This document shows positions 1-10,237 of a stretch of 64,000 nt of DNA, in pieces; the first letter of the stretch is position 1; the number at the start of each line of letters is the position of its first letter. The stretch covers positions 12,347-76,346 of the forward strand of contig JANQNG010000053.1 in the NCBI GenBank assembly GCA_028279685.1, read 5' to 3'. Made by a program: the position numbers and the translations under genes. The notes beneath the pieces are model-generated. The model saw only the letters and a program-made list of their open reading frames with translations. It had not been told where the DNA came from and did no database searches. Origin of the DNA: Candidatus Nanoarchaeia archaeon (lineage in GTDB: Archaea; Nanobdellota; Nanobdellia; Woesearchaeales; SKIA01).

Positions 1-1
1 T

Positions 2-283
2 TTTGTCAAAAATAGCTATTGGATGATGGCTTTATTTGTACTTGCAAGCATTCCTTTAGCATTTGTAGAACCTCTCCAAGATAGTTTTTTATTTTCAAGA
101 GTTTCTAAAAAGGATGAAGAAAAAATATATCCCATTTATGCAACTTCAAAAGATGTTGGTGCTTTCTTAGGGAAATTTATAATAGCAGGAGTGCTATTGA
201 TGTTACCTATGGGTTATGCTTTTTTAGTTACTGCAATTGTAATGGTATTTTTAACAAAATTAAGTATTTCTATTAGAAAATAA
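2..283 (+). CDS. MFS-type membrane transporter, C-terminal fragment (runs off window start)
   Basis: Frame open from base 2; hydrophobic helices with MFS-like C-terminal pattern (EPLQDSFLFSRVSKKDEEK..GAFLG). Confidence 0.6.
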   Translation, partial: FVKNSYWMMALFVLASIPLAFVEPLQDSFLFSRVSKKDEEKIYPIYATSKDVGAFLGKFIIAGVLLMLPMGYAFLVTAIVMVFLTKLSISIRK

Positions 284-331
284 TCTAATATCTGTCAAAA
301 ATTATTTAAATAGTGTTCTTGTGAGATATTT

Positions 332-1066
332 ATGGAACTTATTATTGCAGTCATTATTGGTCTTGTATCGGGATTTCTTGGTGGTACTGTTGGGAGCGGA
401 GGGATGATATCCGTTCCTGCATTGTTATTTCTTGGATTGCCTCCTCAAATGGCTGTTGCGACGAATAAAGTAGGAGATATAGGTGCTTTTCTTGCTGCTT
501 CGGAAGAATACCTTAAAGCAAAGAAGATAAATATTAAATTCATGATGATTTTAGCGGTTCTTGCGATTGTTGGCAGTTTCCTTGGAACGCAGATTATGAT
601 AAAGTTGAGTGCTGAATTCTTGAATAATCTTATAGGGTTTGTTATATTATTGTCGTTGCCATTTGTGTTTTTTAAGAAGAAAATTGGGTTGAAGAATCAT
701 AAAGTATCAAAACTGAAAATGATTATTGGTATGGTAATTTACTTCTTACTATGTGTTCTTGGTGCAATGGTTGGCGCAGGAGGAGCCACCGTTATGTTGA
801 TTGTAATAATGTTTTTCTTTGGATTCGAAATTATTGAAGGGTACGGAACAAATAGTATTCCTGAGTTTTTCATAGCACTTATCCCAGCAATAGTATATTT
901 TACTCAAGGATTTGTTAATATTCCTATAGCTATTGCGTTATTCACAGGATGTCTTATTGGAGGATTTATTGGCTCAAAAACGGCATTAAAGAAAGGAAGT
1001 GTGTGGGTTAGATCTCTTTTTACTGTTGTGGTGGTTGCGTCTGTGATTAAGATATTATTTTTCTAA
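332..1066 (+). CDS. Sulfite exporter TauE/SafE family membrane protein
   Basis: GxxGGxxGSGGMISVPAL..GLPPQxAVATN motif, internal duplication, about 8 TM helices. Confidence 0.85.
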   Translation: MELIIAVIIGLVSGFLGGTVGSGGMISVPALLFLGLPPQMAVATNKVGDIGAFLAASEEYLKAKKINIKFMMILAVLAIVGSFLGTQIMIKLSAEFLNNLIGFVILLSLPFVFFKKKIGLKNHKVSKLKMIIGMVIYFLLCVLGAMVGAGGATVMLIVIMFFFGFEIIEGYGTNSIPEFFIALIPAIVYFTQGFVNIPIAIALFTGCLIGGFIGSKTALKKGSVWVRSLFTVVVVASVIKILFF

Positions 1067-1092
1067 TTCATCAAATCTGGTTTCTAATATTG

Positions 1093-2490
1093 TTAAGATG
1101 TTCCTTTAATATCTTTGATGAATTGAAGGGGATTATCTGCATATTTGTCAATAAGCTTGTTTATCTGCTCAGGGCTTTTTTTTGCCTTTTTTACGAGATT
1201 GTATAGTATAGGATCATAATTAATATCTTTAATTTCTTCAATAAGCTTCTTTCTCAATGCTATTCTTAGCTCTTTTCCTAAGATATCTAAGGTTGTTTTT
1301 CCTGGGAAGAATTTCTTGACTAAGCCATCCATAACTATCATCATTCGTCCAAACAAACTGAACATATATGGATAGGGAACTCTATGTTTCATGCAAATTC
1401 TTAGTATTTCAACAAACCAGAATCCGAATCCTTCGTGAGGTGTTTTTTTCAAATATATTTTTATGTCTTCTCTAATCTTCTTATCGAATTTAGGGGGTGC
1501 ATTGCATGCATCCAATATTGCTTCAATAACTTCCTCAAGGTTTTGAGCATAAACTGTAAGAAGAAGCTGTTTTACTTTTTTTGTCTCCTTCTCATTAAAA
1601 TATCCTATGATGCCACAATCGATATTAGCGGCATCTCCGTTTTTTTGTGCTATGATATTGGCAGGATGAGGATCTGCGTTGAATAAATATGTTTTGTTCT
1701 CAAATAGAGTTCGTATAGCTCCTGTGAGGTATGTTTTTAATGATTTCTTTATGTTATAGTTTTTATTGTTTTCTACAGTTTTACTTTTATTCAATGGAAT
1801 TCCTTCGACAAATTGTGTGGTAATAACGTTGTTCTTACAATATTTTGGAATTGTTGTAAAGAATGTTCCTTTGCCAAGATCTTTTCTTAGTTTTGTTTCT
1901 GTTTTCTTATAGAGTTTCTTAATGCGTTCAATATTCCTAGCTTCATGCTTGAAATCTATTTCTTCAAGAAGCCAGGATTCTATTTGCTTAACTATTTTTG
2001 TGGCTTTAACATGTCTTAGAAGAGGTGAGAATAATTGAACAAAAGAAACAACACTTTTGATTACTTTGATATCCTTAAGTATTTGCTCTTCGATGTTTGG
2101 GCGTTTTATTTTTACTGCTACTTTGACATTTTTTATTTTTGCTTTATGGACTTGGGCTATGGAAGCAGAAGCTATTGGTTTTTTTTCAAATGTTGTGAAG
2201 AGTTGTTCAGGTGATTTTCTAAAGTCTTTTCTGATAATATTTTTTATTTCTGTATAAGATATTGGTGTTGTGTTATCTAGTAGCTTCTGAAGTTCTTCAC
2301 AATCTTTATCAGGCAAGATATCATATCTCATACTCAGAATCTGTCCCATTTTGATATAGGTTATTCCAAGTTTTTCACAACATTCGCGTATTCTTCGGCC
2401 AAGAAATTTTTTTTTATGTTTATTTAGCTTATAGAGGAGAAAATACTCTAAATATCTTGCAAATACCTCCATGAATCTTTTTTTACTCAT
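1093..2490 (-). CDS. AarF/ABC1/UbiB family atypical kinase
   Basis: KMGQILS (KxGQ), ASASIAQVHKA, VAVKIKRP, FNADPHPAN, DCG motifs. Confidence 0.92.
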   Translation of the reverse strand: MSKKRFMEVFARYLEYFLLYKLNKHKKKFLGRRIRECCEKLGITYIKMGQILSMRYDILPDKDCEELQKLLDNTTPISYTEIKNIIRKDFRKSPEQLFTTFEKKPIASASIAQVHKAKIKNVKVAVKIKRPNIEEQILKDIKVIKSVVSFVQLFSPLLRHVKATKIVKQIESWLLEEIDFKHEARNIERIKKLYKKTETKLRKDLGKGTFFTTIPKYCKNNVITTQFVEGIPLNKSKTVENNKNYNIKKSLKTYLTGAIRTLFENKTYLFNADPHPANIIAQKNGDAANIDCGIIGYFNEKETKKVKQLLLTVYAQNLEEVIEAILDACNAPPKFDKKIREDIKIYLKKTPHEGFGFWFVEILRICMKHRVPYPYMFSLFGRMMIVMDGLVKKFFPGKTTLDILGKELRIALRKKLIEEIKDINYDPILYNLVKKAKKSPEQINKLIDKYADNPLQFIKDIKGTS

Positions 2491-2995
2491 CCTTTGTCAC
2501 TATATCGAATTCTTTTACAATTTTCTTGACTGTCTTCTTTACAGGCTTAATGATATCTTTGTATTTGTTTCTTATGTATTTTTTATTGTTACTCAGATTC
2601 TTTCCTTTGAATTCACCTGAAACTTCTTCAATAGTATCTTTGGCAAGACCATACAATCCTGCTCCTAGTTTTATAACCATTTCTATAGCCTCCGATTCAA
2701 TTTTAGGTTCTGATTTTGTTCTTTTTCCTTGTTTGGTCTGTTTTATGTTCACGAAACCATGTTTTTTTAGGATGTTTATGTCTTTTGTTACATTGCCCTG
2801 ATCTCTTTTTGTTATCGATGCTAACTCATAGATACTTTCTGGATGGTGTTGTTTAATTACTTCTAGAAGTTGCATCCTGTTGGGATTAAGAACTTTCTGC
2901 ATATCTTTGAATGTAGCAAAGTATATGATGTTCTTAGATTTCTTCTTAGGTATTTTACCTATTTCAACTTTTATATTATTTGCATTCAGAGCCAC
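2483..2995 (-). CDS. HVO_A0114-like winged-HTH protein with phasin-like C-terminal extension
   Basis: KVLNPNRMQLLEVIK..PESIYELASITKRDQGNVTKDINILKKHGFV pattern; GTG start; overlaps kinase start by 8 nt. Confidence 0.7.
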   Translation of the reverse strand: MALNANNIKVEIGKIPKKKSKNIIYFATFKDMQKVLNPNRMQLLEVIKQHHPESIYELASITKRDQGNVTKDINILKKHGFVNIKQTKQGKRTKSEPKIESEAIEMVIKLGAGLYGLAKDTIEEVSGEFKGKNLSNNKKYIRNKYKDIIKPVKKTVKKIVKEFDIVTKDE

Positions 2996-3130
2996 ATATA
3001 TGTAAAAAATTACATATATTTAAATGTTTTGATGAGTTACCGCTATTTTAATTTGTTTTTTTGTCTTTGGTTATTAAAGAGTAGCAACAAGATAATAAAA
3101 TTTATAAAATGAGTTGTATTTTCAAAAAAT

Positions 3131-3361
3131 ATGGATAAAGAAAAAGATTTATCTTTTATTTGTCAAGAAGAAGGTCATAAATGGAAACTTGTAGAAGATA
3201 ATGTGCGTGAAGAGCAAGGAAGATGTATTGGCCCTGATTGTTATGAGACATATAATAAAGGCAGTAGATACTATGTATGTTCTAGACCAGGATGTGATGC
3301 TACCAATACAGTTCATATAGATGAAGAAAATGACAGGATTCGTAATGAGTTCGGCATTTGA
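3131..3361 (+). CDS. Small Cys/His-rich hypothetical protein (possible Zn-binding)
   Basis: ATG downstream of TTTATAAA box; CxxxGHxW, CxxxxC and CxxxxC motifs. Confidence 0.55.
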   Translation: MDKEKDLSFICQEEGHKWKLVEDNVREEQGRCIGPDCYETYNKGSRYYVCSRPGCDATNTVHIDEENDRIRNEFGI

Positions 3362-3793
3362 AGTCCTCATTTGAACTTTTAGATTCTTTAGGTATTTGTT
3401 TTTGAGAATAGAGATATTTCAGATGAAAAAATCGAAGGATATGCTCAACATCTTGTAAATCATTACACTGGTCTTGAACCTAAATTCACAATGAAGCATG
3501 AGGGTAAGAGTTTCGATGTTTCTTTAAGGCTTGATGCGCATACATATCTGATGCCTGAAGGGGGAAGTCACGAGGATAAGTATATTCATACGAGAGGAAC
3601 CACTATTGTTGGTCCTGCTTGGACAATTTTTGATGAAAATGGAAGGGAGTGCGAGCCTCGACCTGAAAGTCCTTCAATAGATATTGTTGTTGAATTCACA
3701 CCAAATAATGGTTCTTATGAGCAATCTGCAGTAACTGAAGAAGATATGAACGCAGTCTTAGCAATGAGGGCTTATTTGGAAAGTAAATTATAA
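3345..3793 (+). pseudogene. Hypothetical gene with two apparent +1 T insertions (frameshifted, or sequencing error)
   Basis: ATG 3345 reads MSSAFEVLI; removing T3372 and T3397 gives a continuous frame into ORF 3491..3793. Confidence 0.4.
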
Positions 3794-3865
3794 TTTTTTT
3801 TATCTTATAATATGAAACACTCTCCAATATATTTTTTCTAAAATATATTTTCTATAACACAAATA

Positions 3866-3915
3866 TTTATATAAAAATCAACACCACATCAACATTGTTG
3901 ACTTAAAGTCAACAA
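3866..3915 (+). promoter_or_regulatory. TATA box plus palindromic operator upstream of grpE-dnaK-dnaJ
   Basis: TTTATATA 3866-3873; perfect inverted repeat TTGTTGACTT-A-AAGTCAACAA 3895-3915. Confidence 0.65.
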
Positions 3916-3982
3916 AATAGAAGAGTTGAAAAATATGGAGAAACCATGTATAGTAAAAATAACAAAGAGGTGTCATTTTGCC

Positions 3983-4507
3983 ATGAAAAAGCCCTCAAAA
4001 ACCGAAAAAGAACAGAAATCACCATCAAAAGATGAGCAGATTACAGAGCTTACTGATCAACTGAAACGCCTCCAAGCGGAATTTATCAATTATAGAACAC
4101 GAGTTGAACAGGAAAAGCTCGAAATCAATAAACGGGCTAAGTCTGATCTCATGCAACAGCTCCTACCTGTATTAGATCATTTTGAGCTCGCTATGAAGAA
4201 TAGATTCAGTCCTGAAGATTTCGCAAAAGGGGTTGAATTAATTCAACAGCAGTTAACTATGATATTAGAAAAAGAAGGATTGCAACATATCGATTGTATA
4301 AACAAACCATTTAATCAAGATTTGCATGATGCAATTACATCAAAAATTTCAAACAATCTTAAACCAGATACGGTCATTGAAGAATTGCAGAAAGGGTATC
4401 TTTTCAAAGATATTGTTTTACGCCATGCAAAAGTTGCAGTTACAAAAAAGCCAGAAAATGGACAAAATAAAAATTCATCGGACAACACCACTCAAAACAA
4501 TGCTTGA
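3983..4507 (+). CDS. grpE: Nucleotide exchange factor GrpE
   Basis: RLQAEFINYRTR, LLPVLDHFE, QKGY..LRHAKVAV; ATG 3983 follows GAGGTG. Confidence 0.95.
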   Translation: MKKPSKTEKEQKSPSKDEQITELTDQLKRLQAEFINYRTRVEQEKLEINKRAKSDLMQQLLPVLDHFELAMKNRFSPEDFAKGVELIQQQLTMILEKEGLQHIDCINKPFNQDLHDAITSKISNNLKPDTVIEELQKGYLFKDIVLRHAKVAVTKKPENGQNKNSSDNTTQNNA

Positions 4508-4997
4508 GATTGGCAGAACGTGTGATTGCAAAGGAGGGCAATGCGGGAAGTGCTGCGAACATGTAGGAGCAGTATTCCTCGATGGAGAGGAAGAGAAAGT
4601 TGCAAAAACGAAGAATATGACTGCGGAGGAATTTGAGAAAAAATTTCTCGAACATATAACAAGATTCAATACAACAAGGAAAAAAGCAAAGCAAAAAGAA
4701 AATGGAGAATGCATATTCCTTGCAAAAAACGGTTTATGCACCATTCACGAAGTGAAGCCATTGCATTGCCAAGTATGTCATCACGGTCCTTATGGAGAAG
4801 AGGCTCATGATTGGTTCGATGTGCATTATTTTGTCAACACAAATGATCCAAACTCATTACGAGAATGGAATATCAAACTCAACGTCAAACCTTCTAAAGT
4901 TGAAGGTGTGGCTTTGAAAGATCTCATCGGAAAAAAAGTAGATGAGATCTTGCATTATGAAGATTTACAATACCAAGGAGGTAAAAAAAATGAGTAA
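4458..4997 (+). CDS. YkgJ family cysteine-cluster (Zn/Fe-S) protein
   Basis: [21 protein letters not shown] motifs; overlaps grpE and dnaK. Confidence 0.8.
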   Translation: MDKIKIHRTTPLKTMLEIGRTCDCKGGQCGKCCEHVGAVFLDGEEEKVAKTKNMTAEEFEKKFLEHITRFNTTRKKAKQKENGECIFLAKNGLCTIHEVKPLHCQVCHHGPYGEEAHDWFDVHYFVNTNDPNSLREWNIKLNVKPSKVEGVALKDLIGKKVDEILHYEDLQYQGGKKNE

Positions 4998-6846
4998 AAT
5001 TATAGGTATAGATTTAGGAACTACTTTTTCAGCAGTCGCCGTTATGGAGGGTGGTAAACCGATTATTATTTCGAATGCTGAAGGATCACGAACAACACCA
5101 AGTGTTGTTGGTGTAAGAGATGGTGAACGTCTTGCAGGAGATGTTGCCAGAAGACAAGCTATTGTCAACCCCAAAAATACGGTGAGAAGTATTAAGAGAC
5201 ACATGGGTGAAGACTATAAAGTCAAACTTGATGGAAAAGACTATTCTCCACAAGAGATTTCTGCAATGATATTACAGAAACTGAAAGAAGATGCTGAAGC
5301 ATATCTTGGCCAGAAAGTTGAACGCGCAGTTATTACTGTTCCTGCTTACTTTACTGATGCACAGCGTCAGGCTACAAAAGATGCAGGTACCATTGCAGGT
5401 TTCAAAGTGGAGAGAATCATTAATGAGCCTACTGCGGCTTCGTTAGCATATGGTCTTGAAAAATCAGAAGATCACACCATTCTTGTCTTTGATTTTGGTG
5501 GTGGAACATTTGATGTTTCTATACTCGAATTAGGAGATAATGTTTTTGAGGTTAAGGCTTCAAATGGAGATAATCATCTTGGAGGAGATGATATTGATGA
5601 GCTTATTATAGACTGGATTGCTGATAGATTCAAGAAAGAAAATGGTATAGATCTCAGAGAGGATCCACAATCGTTACAACGATTGAAAGAAGCTGCTGAG
5701 AAGGCAAAGATTGAACTGAGCTCTTCACAAGTGGCAAAGATCAATCTGCCATTTATTACAGCGGATGCAACAGGACCGAAGCATGTTGATTATGAAATGA
5801 AGCGTTCAGAATTTGAGAAGATGATTGAATCAATCATAGAGCGATTGAAAGGTCCTACGATGACTGCGTTGAAAGATGCCAATATGGACAATAGCAAGAT
5901 TGACAAAGTGATTTTTGTTGGTGGTTCAACAAGAATTCCTGCAGTCCAGAAATTAGTGAAGGATCTCACAGGAAAAGAAGGTGATAAATCAGTTAATCCT
6001 GATGAAGCGGTTGCATTAGGTGCTGCTATCCAAGGAGGTATTCTTGGAGGGGATGTCAAAGATGTTTTGCTTCTGGATGTGACTCCTTTGAGTCTGGGTA
6101 TTGAAACATTGGGAGGAGTATTCACTAAAATGATTGATAAGAATACAACTATTCCAACAAAGAAAAGCCAAGTCTATTCAACTGCAGCCGATAATCAAAC
6201 AGCGGTTACCATCAGAGTTGGTCAGGGAGAACGTTCTATGTTTAATGACAACAAGCTTTTAGGACAGTTTGATTTAGTAGGAATACCTCCTGCGCCAAGA
6301 GGAGTGCCCCAGATAGAAGTAACTTTTGATATCGATGCAAATGGTATTGTGCATGTCACTGCAAAAGATCTTGGAACTGGCAAAGAACAGAGCATAAAGA
6401 TCACAGCAAGCTCTAATCTCTCAGAAGAAGAGATTGAGAAGATGAAGAAAGATGCTGAGAAGTTTGCTGAAGAAGACAAGAAGAAAAAGGAAGAGGTTGA
6501 AACCATTAACCAAGCAGAAACATTAGTGCATACTACTGAAAAGCTCATGGGTGAGGTTAAAGATAAAGTCGACAAAGCAAAACTTGATACGATCAAGAAA
6601 GAGATTGATGAACTCAAGAAGCTTCTCGAATCTAAAGATAGAGATGTTGCTGCAATCAAGAAGAAACTTGATGAAGTGAATAAAAAGGTTCAGGAGATGT
6701 CTACAGAGATGTATCAGAAAGTGCAGCAAGAACAAGCCGCAGCTCAACAGGCACAGCAAGGTCCTAAAGATAGTGGTAAGAGCAAGAAAGGTGAAAAAGT
6801 TGTTGATGCAGAAGTTGAAGATGTCGATGACAAGAAGAAAAAGTAA
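4990..6846 (+). CDS. dnaK: Chaperone DnaK (Hsp70)
   Basis: [39 protein letters not shown]; GGAGGT SD. Confidence 0.99.
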   Translation: MSKIIGIDLGTTFSAVAVMEGGKPIIISNAEGSRTTPSVVGVRDGERLAGDVARRQAIVNPKNTVRSIKRHMGEDYKVKLDGKDYSPQEISAMILQKLKEDAEAYLGQKVERAVITVPAYFTDAQRQATKDAGTIAGFKVERIINEPTAASLAYGLEKSEDHTILVFDFGGGTFDVSILELGDNVFEVKASNGDNHLGGDDIDELIIDWIADRFKKENGIDLREDPQSLQRLKEAAEKAKIELSSSQVAKINLPFITADATGPKHVDYEMKRSEFEKMIESIIERLKGPTMTALKDANMDNSKIDKVIFVGGSTRIPAVQKLVKDLTGKEGDKSVNPDEAVALGAAIQGGILGGDVKDVLLLDVTPLSLGIETLGGVFTKMIDKNTTIPTKKSQVYSTAADNQTAVTIRVGQGERSMFNDNKLLGQFDLVGIPPAPRGVPQIEVTFDIDANGIVHVTAKDLGTGKEQSIKITASSNLSEEEIEKMKKDAEKFAEEDKKKKEEVETINQAETLVHTTEKLMGEVKDKVDKAKLDTIKKEIDELKKLLESKDRDVAAIKKKLDEVNKKVQEMSTEMYQKVQQEQAAAQQAQQGPKDSGKSKKGEKVVDAEVEDVDDKKKK

Positions 6847-6895
6847 ATCTTTTTAATATAATTTTTTTTATCTTATTCAAAAAGAGTGAGTAAAG

Positions 6896-8008
6896 GTGGC
6901 AAAAGACTATTATGATATTTTGGGAGTGGGCAAGGAGGCTAGTCAAACAGAAATAAAAAAAGCCTACAAACGACTCGCGAAAAAATATCACCCTGATTTA
7001 AATAAAGGGGATAAAGATGCTGAGGGAAAATTCAAAGAGGTGAATGAAGCATTCTCTGTTCTTGGCGATGAGAAGAAGCGTTCAAATTATGATCGTTTTG
7101 GCACTGCTGATTTTGGAGCAGGAGGATCTGGCTTTGGAGGAGGGCCTTTTACTGGGTTTGATTTCTCTGATTTCGGATTTGGAGATATCTTCGACAGTTT
7201 CTTTGGTGGAAGAAGAAGACAACATGATTATCGCGGAGCTGATTTGCGATATGATCTAACAATCACATTAGAAGAAGCAGTCTTCGGTACAGAAAAGGTA
7301 ATTACATTACGAAAACCAGAAAGTTGTGAATCTTGTAAAGGTTCTGGAAGCAAGAGCGGCAATCTTGAAACCTGCAGCGAATGTCATGGTTCTGGCATGA
7401 TGAAAAAAATTCAGAGGACTCCTTTTGGCATGTTTCAATCTACTACCACATGTACTCGTTGTAATGGCCAGGGACAGATTTTCTCTGATCCTTGCAAAGA
7501 TTGTGATGGAACTGGAAGGATTATGGCAAAGAAGCAGATCAAAGTAAAAATTCCGGCAGGTGTAGATAATGGATCAAGAGTTCGTGTTCCTGCTGGAGGA
7601 GAAGCTGGCATAAGAGGTGCAGCACCTGGTGATCTTTATCTGTATATCCATGTGAAACCACATGATTTCTTCCAAAGAGAAGACACTGATATTTATGTTG
7701 AAATCCCTATCAGTTTTGTCCAGGCAACATTAGGAACAACCCTTGAAATACCTACCTTGCATGGGAAAGTGAATTTGAAGATTCCTGCAGGTACACAAAC
7801 GGATACTTTTTTCAAAATTAAAGATAAAGGAGTTCCTTATCTTCATGGAGGAGGACTAGGAAATCAGTTAGTAAAGGTTGTGGTAAAGGTTCCTGAAAAG
7901 CTCAACAAAGAACAGAGAAAATTGCTTGAAGAATATGCTAAAAAATCAGGGGAAGATATTATTAAACCTCAAAAAAGCCTTTTTGAGCGCATAGGAGATA
8001 TATTCTAG
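6896..8008 (+). CDS. dnaJ: Chaperone DnaJ
   Basis: J domain HPD, G/F-rich region, four CxxCxGxG repeats. Confidence 0.99.
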   Translation: MAKDYYDILGVGKEASQTEIKKAYKRLAKKYHPDLNKGDKDAEGKFKEVNEAFSVLGDEKKRSNYDRFGTADFGAGGSGFGGGPFTGFDFSDFGFGDIFDSFFGGRRRQHDYRGADLRYDLTITLEEAVFGTEKVITLRKPESCESCKGSGSKSGNLETCSECHGSGMMKKIQRTPFGMFQSTTTCTRCNGQGQIFSDPCKDCDGTGRIMAKKQIKVKIPAGVDNGSRVRVPAGGEAGIRGAAPGDLYLYIHVKPHDFFQREDTDIYVEIPISFVQATLGTTLEIPTLHGKVNLKIPAGTQTDTFFKIKDKGVPYLHGGGLGNQLVKVVVKVPEKLNKEQRKLLEEYAKKSGEDIIKPQKSLFERIGDIF

Positions 8009-8109
8009 ATTCGTATTCATTCATCAATACTTATAAGAGATTTTCATTGCTGAATGGTTGCAAATGAAAACATTTATATATGATTTCGGTATTTATCAGC
8101 CTATAAGTT

Positions 8110-9303
8110 ATGAGGGGTTTAATGAAAATGAAAAATATACTACCTGTAGTACTTACATTGGTACTTATCGTTCTGGTTGCTTGCCAACCATTGCCTGTTG
8201 TTCCAGAGGAACCTGGTGAAGAGATAACCTTGCCTGAGATTGAGATTCCTGAATTGGAACAGGAAGAGGAAGTTATACCTGAACCTGAATTATTCGATGA
8301 GATCATTGAAGTCACAGAGAAGGATCTTGTCGAACTCAATCCTGAAGCGGTAGATCCTGATGGTGATACGATTTATTACACATTCTCAGATCCATTCACT
8401 GAAGAAGGCGTTTGGCAGACAGAAGTTGGAGATGAAGGTGAATATGTTATTACTATTACAGCTTCTGATGGTGAATTGGAAGTAGAAATGGATGTTTATG
8501 TTATTGTCCATGCTGCAAATAAGCCACCAGTCATTGCAGGCCCTGATGAGCTTTACTTCAATGAAGGAGATATTGTCGAACTAGTCTATGATATTACTGA
8601 TCCTGATGGTGATGAAGTGATTGTTTCGTATTCAGGATGGATGCTTTCTGATATGTATCAGACAACGTTTGAGGATGAAGGAGATTATGACGTGAAGATT
8701 ACCGCACAGGATGCAGAGCACGAAACTGTTAAAGAAATTGTTGTTCATGTGATGCATACAAACAGAGCACCTATCATTGATGGTATCGATGAACTGATTG
8801 AGCTTACTGAAGGAGAGACACTTGAGGTTGTTCCTGATGCTGTTGATCCTGATGGTGATGAAGTGACCTTTACATTCTCAGAACCTTTGAATGATGAAGG
8901 CATCTGGAGAAGTGCTGATGGTGATGCTGGAGAATTTTTCATCACCGTAACTGCAAGTGATGGTGAAATGGAAGCAAGCTTCGAATCACAAGTCATAGTT
9001 TATAGAAGAAACCAAGCACCAGTTGTTATGTTACTTGGCGAAGCAGAAAACCTCGTGTATGAAGAAGGTGACATGATTGATCTTCTTGCAGCGCTTGATA
9101 TCACTGATGAAGAGGGTGACGATGTAACGGTTGAGTTTTCTGGATTTATGGAAACAGCGACTTATCAAACGACATTTGATGATGAAGGAACTTATGATCA
9201 GACAGTAATTGCGACTGATGCTGAAGGGAATATCAACACGTTTGATTTCGAGATTGTAATAGAGAATGTCAATAGGGCTCCTGTGTTTGTTTTGAACCCT
9301 TAA
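8110..9303 (+). CDS. Acidic lipoprotein with four cadherin/PKD-like Ig repeats
   Basis: Signal peptide with LVAC lipobox; repeats containing DPDGD and ending NK/RxP. Confidence 0.8.
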   Translation: MRGLMKMKNILPVVLTLVLIVLVACQPLPVVPEEPGEEITLPEIEIPELEQEEEVIPEPELFDEIIEVTEKDLVELNPEAVDPDGDTIYYTFSDPFTEEGVWQTEVGDEGEYVITITASDGELEVEMDVYVIVHAANKPPVIAGPDELYFNEGDIVELVYDITDPDGDEVIVSYSGWMLSDMYQTTFEDEGDYDVKITAQDAEHETVKEIVVHVMHTNRAPIIDGIDELIELTEGETLEVVPDAVDPDGDEVTFTFSEPLNDEGIWRSADGDAGEFFITVTASDGEMEASFESQVIVYRRNQAPVVMLLGEAENLVYEEGDMIDLLAALDITDEEGDDVTVEFSGFMETATYQTTFDDEGTYDQTVIATDAEGNINTFDFEIVIENVNRAPVFVLNP

Positions 9304-9331
9304 TTTTTTTCTTTTTATTTGTTTGATTAAA

Positions 9332-9691
9332 ATGAGTAAGCTACAAAATATCATAATTGGTTCTGTAGTCGGAGCTTTTTCTGTAGTGGGAGTTGCAGGT
9401 CTCTATGCGAGAGTTTGGGAATCTTTTCAGGAAGAAATCTCAGTAGAGGGTGGGAAAGTACGTCTTGTAGAAGATTACGGAGTAATAAATGATATGCATT
9501 GGTCAAGGGATGGAAAACGACTCTATATTTTTGGAGAGGATTCTCCAATAGATTTTCCTATTGGAAAATGGGATAAGGATATCAAAGAGAAAGATTTGGT
9601 TGACTTGAAATATAGAAGAAGCTTCCCGTGGTTCTGGCAGAAGCAAGATCAATTTGATGGTTGTTATATCAGCAATGATGAATACTACTGA
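9332..9691 (+). CDS. Hypothetical protein with N-terminal membrane anchor
   Basis: ORF with one N-terminal hydrophobic helix; no family recognised. Confidence 0.6.
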   Translation: MSKLQNIIIGSVVGAFSVVGVAGLYARVWESFQEEISVEGGKVRLVEDYGVINDMHWSRDGKRLYIFGEDSPIDFPIGKWDKDIKEKDLVDLKYRRSFPWFWQKQDQFDGCYISNDEYY

Positions 9692-9847
9692 CTACTTGGT
9701 TATAGAGTTCTTTTCAATTCTTTCTTTAGTACGTTTAATTGCCGTATTCATCAATAGTTGATTTTGCTCTCTAAGTTCTTCTATAATCTTGTCTTTCCTC
9801 TTTAGTTCTTCTTCCAAGATTTTCACTTTTTCTTTTGCGTCAAGCAT
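9692..9847 (-). CDS. 51-aa coiled-coil microprotein (not in ORF track)
   Basis: Manual translation MLDAKEKVKILEEELKRKDKIIEELREQNQLLMNTAIKRTKERIEKNSITK. Confidence 0.6.
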   Translation of the reverse strand: MLDAKEKVKILEEELKRKDKIIEELREQNQLLMNTAIKRTKERIEKNSITK

Positions 9848-9851
9848 GATA

Positions 9852-9965
9852 TCAACTCAGGAATGCAGCTCTTGCAGCAGGAGGAATCACTGTTACATAT
9901 AATAAGGTAAACACTAAAATAAGTATAGGTATCAGAAAAACATAGCTTGCTCGTCTTCCCCTCAT
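9852..9965 (-). CDS. 37-aa single-TM microprotein, class III signal-peptide-like (not in ORF track)
   Basis: MRGRRASYVFLIPILILVFTLLYVTVIPPAARAAFLS; TTTAAATA box upstream on minus strand. Confidence 0.5.
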   Translation of the reverse strand: MRGRRASYVFLIPILILVFTLLYVTVIPPAARAAFLS

Positions 9966-10012
9966 ACATAATGGATAGAGACGCTGCTATTTAAAGTTAA
10001 TCGAAAAGAGAA

Positions 10013-10231
10013 TTAATGAAAAGAAGCAATATATCCCATCATAAATCCTTCCTCTATAGCATCAATGCAATCATTTTCTCCGCATTCTTGGACAAAAGAT
10101 TCATCATAGAATTGTTTTTCCTCTTCAGTTTCTTTTCTGTTTTCAATAATATCGAGTTGCTCATCTTCAAGAAATCTATTCAAAAAAACCATTCTTTCAT
10201 GTTCTTCTCCCATCTTTAACATTTGCATCAT
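10013..10231 (-). CDS. Small acidic protein, EEGFxxGY family (paralog of 61928..62164)
   Basis: GGAGGTGA SD; FLNRFLE and NDCIDAIEEGFMMGY motifs shared with paralog. Confidence 0.75.
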   Translation of the reverse strand: MMQMLKMGEEHERMVFLNRFLEDEQLDIIENRKETEEEKQFYDESFVQECGENDCIDAIEEGFMMGYIASFH

Positions 10232-10237
10232 ATCATA

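Noticed and set aside
3131-3793. TGA readthrough (Sec or alternative code) joining ORFs 3131 and 3491, which share a frame
   Set aside because: Two further in-frame TAG stops (3380, 3389) intervene, and conserved genes here end in TGA normally.
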